Positions 12,201 through 23,490 of a stretch of 64,000 nucleotides of DNA are shown here, one piece after another (positions within the stretch are counted from its first letter, which is position 1; each line of letters starts with the position of its first letter). A model generated the notes under the pieces. That model worked only from the letters and a program-made list of their open reading frames with translations, did not search any database and had not been told where the DNA came from. The translations under genes were made by a program, and so were the position numbers. This DNA comes from Callorhinchus milii (taxonomy: Eukaryota), in contig NW_024704742.1 of assembly GCF_018977255.1 (NCBI RefSeq), forward strand, positions 61,258,001 to 61,322,000. The letters are read 5' to 3'.

Positions 12201-14204
12201 GGGAGGGCCGGGGTAGATTCACTTGATGTAGTTTATATTTTTGATAAGCTTCAAGTTACAGGCAACATCATTCACCTATTCGTCACCTAGTCCTTACTCC
12301 CTCCTTTACCCTTCTGTTTCCTTCTCCCTCATGTGTACATCGAGCTTCATTTTAAATGCATGTATTTGCTTCAATCATTGCTTCAGGTAAATTGGAGAAT
12401 GTGAAATGAGTTCCATAATCTCTCTACCCTCTGCATCCTCTTAAATTTTCTTTTAGATCCCCTCGTTGCTTTCTTATACTTGTATTCCTGTACCAAACCT
12501 GACTGTCCACGCCTTGGGACATCCTCCGCTATATGCGCTAATGTAATTTATTGTTATTGTTGTTATGGTATTGCTAACACACTTACGGAAATGCTAATCT
12601 TGCACTTTTACTTATCTCTGAAAAAACACAGGCAAAGAAACAATAATATTAATAGTTGTGTTTGATATAGTGCTTATCACATTGAAGAAATGTCTCAAAA
12701 CAATTCACATGATTACACTGTAAACAACAACAGTTTTCATTTACATAGCTCCCTCCATGTGGGATAGTGTCTCCGCTGAAAGTGTAGTAATTGTATAATT
12801 TTAGGCAAGCGCATTCCTTCATTCTCAACTCGGAGATCTTGAATAAGTATGGTAAATTTAATGGAAGGTAGAGATCACAATGTTACATTTTATTGGTGGA
12901 ATATTGGGATAGATTCCCAATATCTGAGGATTTCAGTGTATTGCTAGCAGTGCCTCAATATTGATTGTACAAGGTAGTGCTTTTGATATGTGCTGTTATA
13001 TATGTGTATTTGTACACGGCACATTTCAGCACCAGTGCACAATGCTAACATATAAGGACTCATAGCTATACTATTCTGATGTATTCTTAAGTCTGAGACA
13101 TTTATAGCATTCTGAAATGGTGTAGTTAATAACTCAGATGACAACTGATTGCTCCGTTGGAGTTTTTTTCCAGTTCACTACATTTTTGGTGAAAAATGGA
13201 TATTTCACCAAAGATGAATACATATTTCAAATAGACATGTCCCTTAGGATTTGCTGACCTTTCATTTGTTGTATTAATTGATCTGACTCATACCGCTGAG
13301 CAAATTGTGATTTAATAAACAAATATTTCATAACACGTATGCGCATGATTCAGATTGTTAGACTGACATGATGTTGGCGGCAGTGAAATGAATGTGGGCT
13401 CTCGTCTTCTAAGTTATTAGTTATCACCTTTCTGACCGTCAATAGGGTAACTGTGGGGATCGGCTGTAAACAAATGCCAGGTCATTTCTTATATCGTGCT
13501 TCTTTCCTCAGAACAACAAATTGCTATTAGTCTCTTAACTTCTCTGGACTTCAGATCCTAGTCCAGGCTGATGCAGCTGTGCAGTAATGGGCAGTGCTGG
13601 ATTGTTAGAGCTGTCATCTTTCGGATGAGTATGAGGTAACACTTACAGCGTTCCTTAATTTATTTAATAGGCTGTTTTCACTTGTTAATCAGTCCAAAAT
13701 GAGGGGCAGAATATAAGATAGCCAGTAGCACATCTACATTTAGGAGAAATTTATTTATGCAGAGGGTGGTGAGAATATGAACTCACTGACAGGTGCTGTG
13801 GTTGAAGCAAAAAAGACCAATAAATTTAAATAAATTAAGGAGAGCTGACAAATTTATTCCACCATAATAGTTTAGTAAATGATTGTTGCTTAAATGTAAA
13901 AAAAACTCTTGGATTTGTATAAACTGTAATCTGGAATGACAATGAATAATTAATTAGTGAATGCTTCCAATTACTGTAAATTGCAGCATTAATATTAAAA
14001 TATATAATTTCACAGAGGCACAAAGCAAGCCTAATCATATTTTAAGCATATTTGGTATCAGTTTTCTCACTTCACATTTATCATTATTTGGGTTTGCATT
14101 GGTAAAAATATAGACTTGTTTAAATTGAATTGAATGTTATTTTCTGTTGTGGGGATGAAGTATTCCAATGACAAACATAAAAAATATTGTACCTTTTCCT
14201 GTAG

Positions 14205-14240
14205 AAAGATTTAAGGTGGCAATAAATGTGTTAGCTCGCT
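14205..14240 (+). CDS. Candidate 36-nt internal exon of an unidentified gene (xRFKVAINVLARx, phase 1-1)
   Basis: Acceptor ttgtaccttttcctgtag, donor GCT|gtgagt, length divisible by 3, only one open frame, repeat-free flanks. Confidence 0.35.
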
Positions 14241-14692
14241 GTGAGTTCAACACAAGTTCATGGTGAATGCTCTTCAAAGCGTCACTGCAAGTCTACTCCT
14301 GAACTTCACAACAAGTTAATGTCAGTTCATGTTAAGCTCACTGGATTGTCAAAGCAATGCTGCACACCCACAGCAAGCTGTCCTTTTTTATTTTTTAATG
14401 TATTTAGTGTTATCTCTGGTGCCACTAGAAAAGAAAAAAATCACCTTTAAACCTAATCCTTTATTTAGGCTGTTCACAGTACACGAGGAATCCATAAAAC
14501 CATATGCTGGCAATATCCACTTAATTGGGATTCATTTGTGGTATTTCACAAAGGGATTTCTTAATAGGGTGGTTGTGTTGCGCAAATATGGATATTTTCC
14601 ACTGACTCAGAGCTCACAAGCTCTGACATGATGCACCTCTGGAGCTGAGCTCCAGTGGATTGGCAGAAATTCTAATATTGCAATTGAAAATG

Positions 14693-15030
14693 TGTGGTCC
14701 TGTAATGTATTAGTTAGAGCCTCACAAGCAAGAGGACCTGGGCAGGCTGAAACCTTAGGCAAGTTTCCTTACTCCACATGCCACTGTTTACCTAGCATTA
14801 AGTAGGAACCCGTTTTTTAGTCGTTTGGTGGATCGTTTTCTGGGTGTAATAATCCCTCAAAAAAAAATTTGGTCACTGAATCCACGACTGTTTGTGGAAC
14901 ACTGCTGTGCGCAATTAACTGCTGCGTTTCCCGCACAAAATATACAGTCAATTCACTTTACAGTATATTCTGTGAAGACCCGTCAACAATGTGATAGGGT
15001 GCTATATCAAATGCAAAGATTATTATTCTA
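14693..15030 (+). mobile_element. Young tRNA-SINE, long subfamily (diverged)
   Basis: aaaccttaggcaagtttccttactccac, the internal tgtttacctagc...aggaaccc segment, the Deu-type segment and the tail. Confidence 0.9.
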
Positions 15031-15634
15031 ATAGTATAATTTACATTTATATAGCCACGCAGGTCAGCAGCATGCATCAATGCCTTCACACGCTAGATGG
15101 GCACCCAAGCTGGGGATGGTTAGTGTGGTGTACTGAGACCGTGATATCTCAAGACATCTGCTCAGCCTAACAAAATATATTTTTTCCTTCCGTTGACTAT
15201 AGCATATAACCAATTATGATAAATGAGACTCCAACGTGAGGATAATCCTGCTGCACATTTGCCTATATTTTCATCCCAGACTGTTAGATTCACATGCTCT
15301 TTGTGTAGCTGATAATTATAAAACCTTTATTTCAAATCGCCAGCCATTGTTACTCACTTATCTTTGTCAAAGCTCAAAACAGTCTATTCTCATTTGGCCT
15401 CAGATGGTAAGTGTGGTGGGTGCACTGAGACTGTGCTATCCCAAAACATCTGGTCGGTCTAATAGAAGCCTTTTTTTCCATCCATTGATTAAAATTTAAG
15501 CAATTATGTTAAAAAAATGCTTAATACAAAGAATAGACTTGTCAATACAGAGAGCTGAAAACTGTGACATACAGTCCCATCACATGCTGCACTTTTCATT
15601 CCAGTTATCCACAAACAGTTAAGAGAGGTATAGG

Positions 15635-15773
15635 AAAAAGCAGCAAAATACTGCAGATGCTGGAAATCTAAAATATAAACAGAAGTCACTGGGAACATGC
15701 AGCAGGTCAGGCAGCATCTATGGAGAGAGAAAAATGAGTTAATGTTTCAGGTCTATGGCTTTTCGTCAGAACA
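15635..15773 (-). mobile_element. Penelope-like element terminal fragment with hammerhead-like core
   Basis: Minus strand reads CTGACGA-aagcc-ata-gacct-GAAAC-attaac; homologous to 55967-56065. Confidence 0.65.
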
Positions 15774-16629
15774 GAGAGGTTCAGGAGATGGGAATAGTAG
15801 GGTTGGAGGCTTGTGTGGAGTATAAACACCAGTACAGACTTGTTGGGCTGAATAGCCTGTTTCCGTGTTGTCTATATCATTTTATGTGAAGAGCAAGGAG
15901 TTCTCTAGGTATCCTGGACAATATTATTATTATTATTATTATTATTCCTCCCACATCCAATTTCACCAAAACAATCCCAGATTAATCATTCCTCTCATTG
16001 CTGCTGGGACAGATTAGCTGGCACATTTACTTACACAGCAGCCACTGCAATTCAAAGTAATTCATTGTGTGAAGCCCTTTGAGATATTTTGATGTGATAA
16101 AATGGTATATCAAATTCTATTATTCTTATTCAAGATAAAAAAAATTCTCCTTGCATAGAACAATGGTAGACACCTAACAAAATCTATTAATGTCCCTTCA
16201 ATTAACTGCTTTAAAAAGAGCTGCAGAAATATCTGATTTGAAATGGCACAGGATTTATAAGGATGAATAATGATGAACACGGTCAATTTTTATTTTCAAA
16301 GTGCCAACGGTTTCATCTGCTAAAAGTTTAGGACTGGATGGAAAAAGGTATCGGTAGTTCACTGGTTATAGAATACTGACATAAATGCCTTCACTTTCAC
16401 TGGTCTAAAAATAGGACCATATGTGCTCTGGCCTGAGACTAAATTAGTTAAGATGACAAAGGGAAAGGATCTTATTACCAGCTTGCCATAGTTTTCCACA
16501 AATAGAGCTGGAAAAGGAAGATGTCTAGAAGCAAACATCAGCTTGCTGCAAGCGTGCACAACTGTGTTTTTTGAAAATTCCCAAACTATGTTTTAACCCC
16601 ATATACTTCACTGTCTTGGCTAACACTCC

Positions 16630-17030
16630 CGTGCTGTGCTAGGGAGTGATACATTGAAGTGATACATCTCATGCTTTGTATGAAATGGTAAACTGAGGTC
16701 CTCTGCAGGTGGATGTTAAGGATCCCATGGCATCACTTGGTAAGTGAGAGGAGTTTCTCCTGGTGTCCTGGCTAACCGTCCTCCAGATACAATTGGTCCA
16801 TTCATTCTATACAATACAAATACAAAATTACATTTGTATAATACCTTTCCCATTGAGAGGACTTCCCAAGGTGCTAAATTCTATGGCTATTTGTGAACAT
16901 TGCCATGCTCAAATTGCTTCATTTACAATCAAAAATATAGTCACTGCAGTCTACAGTAAATCTGCTGAAGGACTTTGAGACATTTTGATGATGTGGTAAG
17001 ATTCTATATCAAATGTAAAGATTACTATTA
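16630..17030 (+). mobile_element. Old Deu-domain SINE fragment with a small L2 tail inserted
   Basis: Contains aggtggatgttaaggatcccatggca and ggtgtcctggctaac, plus the tail. Confidence 0.75.
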
Positions 17031-17215
17031 TGTAATTATACCACTCTTTTCTCGAATAGTGCTGTTCTCTTTAGTTGGACATGTAAATGAGATGTACATG
17101 TACTGAAGCATCTGATGTAATCCATGTTATGCTTGTTAATCACTTCTCCATACCTTTTTTATATGGAATAGTGGTGCACACTAAATTTTCTACATGAATA
17201 CAATAATACAATTGT

Positions 17216-17533
17216 GGAGTCCTGTAGCTCAGTGGTTAGAGCACTCGCTTTGCAAGTGAGAGACCTGAGTTCAATTCCAGGCAGGGCGAAACCTTTGGCA
17301 AGTTTCCTTACTCCACACGCCTAATAATAATCCCTCCAAAACAAAAAACAATAATAAATTGGTCATTTTCAATCTACGACTGTTTGTGGGACATTGCTGT
17401 GCGCAATTGGCTGCCACTTTGGCCCACAAATATAGTGTCAATTCACTTTACAGTGTGTTCTGTGAAGTGCTTTAGGACGTCCTCCCGACGTGAAAAGCGC
17501 TATATTAAATGCAAGGATTATTATTATTATTAT
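17216..17533 (+). mobile_element. Young tRNA-SINE, short subfamily, full length
   Basis: ggagtcctgtagctcagtggttagagc (A box), gagttcaattcc (B box), Deu-type segment, L2-like tail and (ATT)n. Confidence 0.95.
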
Positions 17534-18239
17534 AAGAACATCTATTTATATTGTATTTTTCATGTGGTTAAATACCTCAAAGTGTTTCAATGACTGTTGC
17601 AAACCTCAATAAAATGAGGTTGGGTGTATTTCATTGCGCTCATTTCTATGTATTTCATATCACATACCTTTTTGCTAAAAACAAGTGAGACAGAGGGCTG
17701 AGATAAAAATCCATGACACTGAGGTCTATTGTGCCTCACCCGTAAACCTTGTGTAAAACATATGGATAACACGTCATGTGGAAACACACGTGCAGAGGGA
17801 ATCACAGCTGTGCTTAATTATGTTATTAGTACATATAATTAACCAATTAAATAAAATTGTTGCTTGTTAAGTACAATAATTAATACATCTTTGTTGTTGG
17901 TACCGATCCTCATTGGGGGAGGTAAACGGAGACGTCTTGGTGCTGAGCTGGCTCCAAGGTAACGTGGCTGGGAATGGAATGTCAGAACTATGTCAACCAT
18001 CTGTGGTGGTCAAACTAGTGCAGTTCTGGAGTCAGGTAGGTTCTTAGTGCTCTAAGGCACTGCTGAGGACAGACCAGCCAGCCTGGCTTCTTCACAGGAT
18101 TTGGAGGACAGAATAAGGTAGGGATTCTTCCCATTCAGCTCCTGTTAACTATGCAAGCCAAAGCCCCAACGGGTTGGGTGGTCCCAGCTGGACAAGCAGC
18201 AGATAGCTTCATAATGACAAGCAAAACAGTTTGTTTGTT

Positions 18240-18497
18240 GAGCTGCGGCAGTGTCTCAATACACCATTTGGAGTTTCCAAGCCAATCTCTACTTAACACT
18301 TCCTGGATCAGGTAAGCGGGGTGTGTTCCTCTGGGGAGAGACTGCCACATTGAAATGCGTCCAGTTCTTGTCCTCAACCACTCTTCCTCAACAAGTTGTT
18401 CCAGTTGTTAATCTGTAGAGCTCTCAGTCTGGTTTGGATATTCTTAAGTATGGTGATCCATTTCTGCATGTGTCAGACATTCAGCTGACCAAAAGAT
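18240..18497 (+). repeat. Unclassified repeat family X, copy 2
   Basis: ggtaagcgggg...ctggggagag and ctctcagtctggtttggatattcttaag...tgtgtcagaca...gctgaccaaaag match 35465 and 42222. Confidence 0.7.
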
Positions 18498-18529
18498 TTT
18501 TATTGGGAATTAATTATATAGTTGAGGAT

Positions 18530-18820
18530 AATAATAATAAAAATGACTAATATTCCTTACATTCGATATAGCATCTTTCACAGTTGGAAGACGTCCCAGG
18601 ATATACTGTGAAGTGACTGTGTGTTTTGTGGATGAACATGGCAGCCAAGTAGTGCACAGCAATATCCCACAAACAGCCATGAAGTGAATGACCAATTTCT
18701 TATTTTGAGGATTGTGGGCCAGGACACCAGGAGAAACTTGCTTCCCGTTTTGAATAGTGCCATAGGATCTTTAACACCCACCTAAACAGGCAGACAAGGC
18801 CAGAGTTTAACATCTTATAT
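18530..18820 (-). mobile_element. Old Deu-domain SINE fragment
   Basis: Reverse complement of ggctgtttgtgggatattgctgtgcac and aagatcctatggcactattc. Confidence 0.8.
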
Positions 18821-19370
18821 GAAGGATGTAAATCATACAATTGGAAGTTACACAACTTCTTTTAGATTTGGACTGGGATTTTGCAGAACATCACAAACAG
18901 TGCACTGTGAATTAGACATTAAAATAATTCTCTGCAATGAAATAATTACAAGGAAACCACATGAGCATTTTAAACTTCAGCCCCATACATCCAGCAGGTG
19001 GGGCTAATACAAAATAATTTAGTATGAAATGTACTGCTGATGTGAGCACTTGGTATTAATATTTATTGTGATCTTTATTACTGTTACACCTTCTAGAAAA
19101 TCAATATCAAACCCCTTAAGTCCTGACGTTTTGCTTTGCTAAGAGAATGCTTTTAGAATTGTCCCACAAAATACAATTGACTTGACAGTATATTCTGTGA
19201 AGCGCTTTGAGACGTCTCGAAGAACTGATAAGGGGTTATATCAGATGCAAGGATTATTATTATAATTGGGTCTAAAATGCAGAATGGCCTAATAACCTAT
19301 GGGTTAACAGCAACAGCAAAATTACATTGATATAGCACTTGTCACCTTGAAAGGACGTCCCAAGGCACTG

Positions 19371-19433
19371 GGAGATTACTGCACAATTAAGGTCCCAAAT
19401 CCCATTTGGGACCTTAATTGTGCAGTAATCTCC
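19371..19433. repeat. Perfect 30-bp inverted repeat with 3-nt loop
   Basis: GGAGATTACTGCACAATTAAGGTCCCAAAT-ccc-ATTTGGGACCTTAATTGTGCAGTAATCTCC. Confidence 0.98.
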
Positions 19434-19439
19434 TTTGTT

Positions 19440-19770
19440 CGAACTCCTGTAACCTTATTGACTCATCACTCCCTTTGCTTAGTGAACACTGGTCTGTTTT
19501 ATGAACCCCCACCCCAACTTCCCACCATCCGTGTGCAAGCTTTCAGACTTTCTGTCACTGCTCTCGAGAACTCCATTCCGGAAACACTCCAATCCTCTCC
19601 ACTTGCAAAGTTAAAACTGATATCTTTCACTGTGCTTCTGGTCATCATACCTCCTCACCTCACCCAGTTCGGCTTCCCTCCCCCTCTAACCTGGATTGGA
19701 TGTTCAGTCAACCGTGTAAAGCACTTTAACATCACCTCCTGATGTTAAACGTGCTATATAAATGCAAATT
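19440..19770 (+). mobile_element. Decayed L2 3' fragment
   Basis: PTI..RAF-like region and the tail gtgctatataaatgcaa. Confidence 0.65.
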
Positions 19771-20994
19771 GAAAACTAATTGTATTGCATAGTAAACCAT
19801 TGGAAAGCTGAGTTTGTAATCCTTTACACTGGTTAATTATATAATACATGCATTAGATACTGGTTAGCCAGTGGGATATTAGTCCAACCTGCATTTTTGA
19901 CTTTAATACAGTGTCTATAATAATTTTATCTTTGATATATGCTGAAAATAGCCAGGCATAAACAATTATACAGAAAAGTGGCTAAAATATCAATTCAACA
20001 ACCGATCTGAACCTAAAATGCAACAAAATTTAAACTGACCCAGGTCTACGCTATTCTACATGAAGGTTACAATATAAATGCAAGTTTGTGTTGTTGTTAT
20101 TGTCATACATGTGCACCAGTGACTTTGACTTCAATTCCAGTCACTTCTGTCAGAGGTCAACTTGCTGGGGATGTGGAGTTACTGAAGAACCCTAATGGAC
20201 AACATTGATACTGTTGAAAATTATCATACAAAGTTTCAAAGGGAATTAGAAAAAATACAATAATAGATAATATAAGCAACATGCCCTCTCCATGCGTGGG
20301 AGAGATGCAAGTTGAAACATTGAACATTTTTTTCCCACAGCAAGGCCTACATGGAATGCGATCAATTTTCCCGAAAGTAACAAACAGTAAAAGGCAGATG
20401 CAATTGAAATTCTTAAAAATTATTTTTCTATCAAACAGAATATTGATATCTCTGATGAACTGGCCAGAAACAATAGACAGAATTGTAAATTAAATGTAGC
20501 ACCAGAAAATTGCATAGTCCTTTAGGGTATTCTGTTAATTCCTTGCAATTTTGTTTGCATGGAATTTAGGCTTATTCCACAGCTCTCTGTTTTATTCAAT
20601 GTGTATGTGTAGAATCTGTAGAATGTGCTATAGAGGTTTGTAGACATTAAATAGAAATTAAATGATGCGAGCTGGGAGGCTGGAGTTATACTGCCAACTC
20701 CGAATTAGGTTCAGTCCAAATTAAACGTTGGCATTGTAGAGATCCAGAGTCTCTAACAATGTTACAAAGCTTGAGGGCAAAGCAGCAAAACAACGTTTTT
20801 TAATGCTAACTTGTTTTTTTTATTATTTTAACATAATTGTCCGCGATTCACATGCTTGCTTAAGTTGAGGGGAAGTTCAAGACACATTTATGTGTTATTA
20901 TGTTCTGAGAAGCATGGTGTCTTTCCTTGCTTGGCTGGGCACTTAGGCTGGGTTTTGTATTTTTATTTTTTTATTTTTTATTTATTAATTTTGA

Positions 20995-21312
20995 GGAGTC
21001 CTGTAGCTCAGTGGTTAGAGCACTTGACTTGCAAGCGAGACACCTGGGTTCAATTCCAGGCAGGGCAAAACCTTGGGCAAGTTTCCTCACTCCACATGCC
21101 TAATAATAATCCCTCCAAAACAAAACAATAATAAATTGGTCATTTTCAATCTACGACTGTTTGTGGGACATTGCTGTGCGCAATTGGCTGCCGCTTTCGC
21201 CCACAAATATACAGTCAATTCACTTTACAGTGTGTTCTGTGAAGCGCTTTGGGACGTCCTCCCGACGTGAAAAGCGCTATATCAAATGCAAGGATTATTA
21301 TTATTATTATTA
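20995..21312 (+). mobile_element. Young tRNA-SINE, short subfamily, full length
   Basis: Near-identical to 17216 and 56229; intact A and B boxes; (ATT)n tail. Confidence 0.95.
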
Positions 21313-21559
21313 GGTTTCAAGAAGTCAGTCTGGGTTCTCCTCGAAGAAAGTTGAGAGTTGTAGATACCATTAGTATGTGTGCTCCTCTGACCACATTATT
21401 GTTCTTTGAATATCTAGTGGATTTATTTGAGTTTTTTTGTAGAATTACAAGATTTTTAAATAATCCTCCCTTATTCTGCTACAGATGAACATCCTAAGTG
21501 ATAATTGTAGTTCTCCCTCCAGTGCTCACTTGTGTGCTAGGTTTGCTTTCAGCAGTCCC

Positions 21560-21670
21560 ATAGCACTCACACCTCTGAGTCAGAAGGTTGTGGGTTCAAG
21601 CCCCATGACAAAAGTTATGGAACTTATATAGTCAAAGCTGACCTTCCGGTGCTGGGGTGAGACATTAAAC
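21560..21670 (+). mobile_element. Old SINE tRNA head
   Basis: tagcactcacacctctgagtcagaaggttgtgggttcaagcccc. Confidence 0.75.
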
Positions 21671-21682
21671 AGAAATTAAATT

Positions 21683-21965
21683 AAACACAACAAAACAAAT
21701 TACATTTGTATAACGTCTTCCACATTGGGAAGGTATCCCGAGGGCTGGACAGTCAAGGATTTGGACCTGAGCTGGGGGTTAGGATCGGGTGGGGTGGAGT
21801 GCAGTGAGGGTAGGGGTAGCAGGGTGATCGAACGTGCAGTCGAAGAGGGAGGACTTGAGGTGGGTCTTGAAGGAGACAAGGGAGAGGGTGAGGCACTGGG
21901 ACTATGGGATGGAGTTCCAAACGGTGGGGCCAGAAAGGCTGAAGGCCCAACCCCCAATGGTGGGG
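21683..21965 (-). mobile_element. L2 3' end (tail type A)
   Basis: aacaaattacatttgtataacgtc...gggatggagttccaaacggtgggg. Confidence 0.85.
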
Positions 21966-23490
21966 TTGCATTGCATGCCTGGAGACTGACCTGGAATCAC
22001 AGGACTGGTGTGGAAGCCAAGGCTTCAGACTATTGTTGGTAGAAACTTAATAATCTTTGCATTTGATATAGCGCTTTGTCATGTCATTGAGACGTCTTAA
22101 AGATCTTCACAAGATTTTACTGTGAAGTGTAAGGATTATTCATTTGAAATTTCTCCAGCAGAGGCCTTTACAAAATTAAGATGAAAAGTTAAAATCAAAA
22201 GTTAAAATCTCTGAGATTATTGAGACTTTAGTGACCCCAACAACGAGGTGATTTTTGAAAGTGAAATGCCTTTGGTTGTATTTTTGTATTTTTTGCCCAC
22301 AAAATACACAGTCAATTCACTACAACAACAACAACAAGATTACATTTGTATAGAGCCTTTCACGTCGGGAGGACGTCCCAAGGCGCTGGACAGAGTACAG
22401 CACTACAGCATATTCTGTGAAGTGCTTTGAGATGACATGATAAGATTGTACAGAAGTTGGAATTAGGCGAAGAGTTCATTCTGAAGAGTTCAGGCAGATT
22501 TTAAAGATATATTTTAGCTGTACTTTTTGTCCAATGGACAAAGTGTTGGTTATTTGAGGAATGACACAATTTAGGAATGCTGCATCCTTCTCCCCCATCC
22601 CCTCCCATCCCACTTACCATTGTGCTTAGACCGTATTGTACGTTTATAATCTCACAAAGAATGAGAACAAGTAGAATCCTAATAGGATTCTCTACCTGAA
22701 TTTTGGTAGTGCAGAATGTGCCTCTCTCACTGCTGTGCTGCAGACTACAGTGGCAGTATTTGGACTTCATTTGTGAAAAGGTTTTACCAAGCTCATAGTC
22801 TAGCTCTATTCACACAAACTTATCACAAGTATAGGATCATAGGAAAGCAGGAACAAGTGGAAGCCATTCAGTCCATCAAGCCTCTTCCGCCAGTTTATTG
22901 GAGCTTGACAGATCTTTTTGTGCAAATGATTTTTTTAATCCTAAATTTAATCTCTTTCGTCATATCCTTTAATACCTATACTATCCAAGTACCTGTCTAT
23001 TTGTCTTTTAAACATCCCTATTGAATTCTGCCACAGCAGTTTCCCGTGGCAGAGAATTCCACATCTTAGTGTGAAAAAATGCTTCCTGGCCTCAGTTCTA
23101 GCTGTACTGGTTCTGATTTTGAGACCTTTTTTAAAAGAAAATTCAGGTAAAAAATTAAATTGAAAGTTATTAAAGTGTTAAGATTTCCCAAAAATGTGGT
23201 TCTGAGGTGGATGTCGCTAGACCATATTTTAACAGAGATGAGAGAGATATATATTTTAAATAGTGCCATTCATTAATGACCAAGTTTTAAAAAAAACAAA
23301 TACCCATGTCTAAATGAGCTGTAAAGAAGCTGTTGTTTGTTGTAAAATTGTGAGAATTGGTGATGTAGAGTGAAATTGATCACCTCATGCTTAAAATGTA
23401 AGTCAGAGGGCAGAGAAAAATGTTATTTCCTGTCCTGATTGTTTCATATCATATTATTCAATAAAAAACAGCTTTCATGTACAAAACAGT

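Noticed and set aside
17216..17290. tRNA-Ala/Val genes
   Set aside because: Each head continues into a SINE body and tail, with no Pol III terminator directly after it and an irregular T arm.
21073..21270. Recurrent peptide [24 protein letters not shown] in several ORFs
   Set aside because: It is a translation of the SINE body; frames and stops differ among copies.
16302..22777. Small exon candidates at 16302-16347 and 22744-22780 that would chain in frame with 14205-14240
   Set aside because: The donors (gtatcg, gtttta) are weak and the joined peptide is unrecognisable; phase compatibility alone is not evidence.
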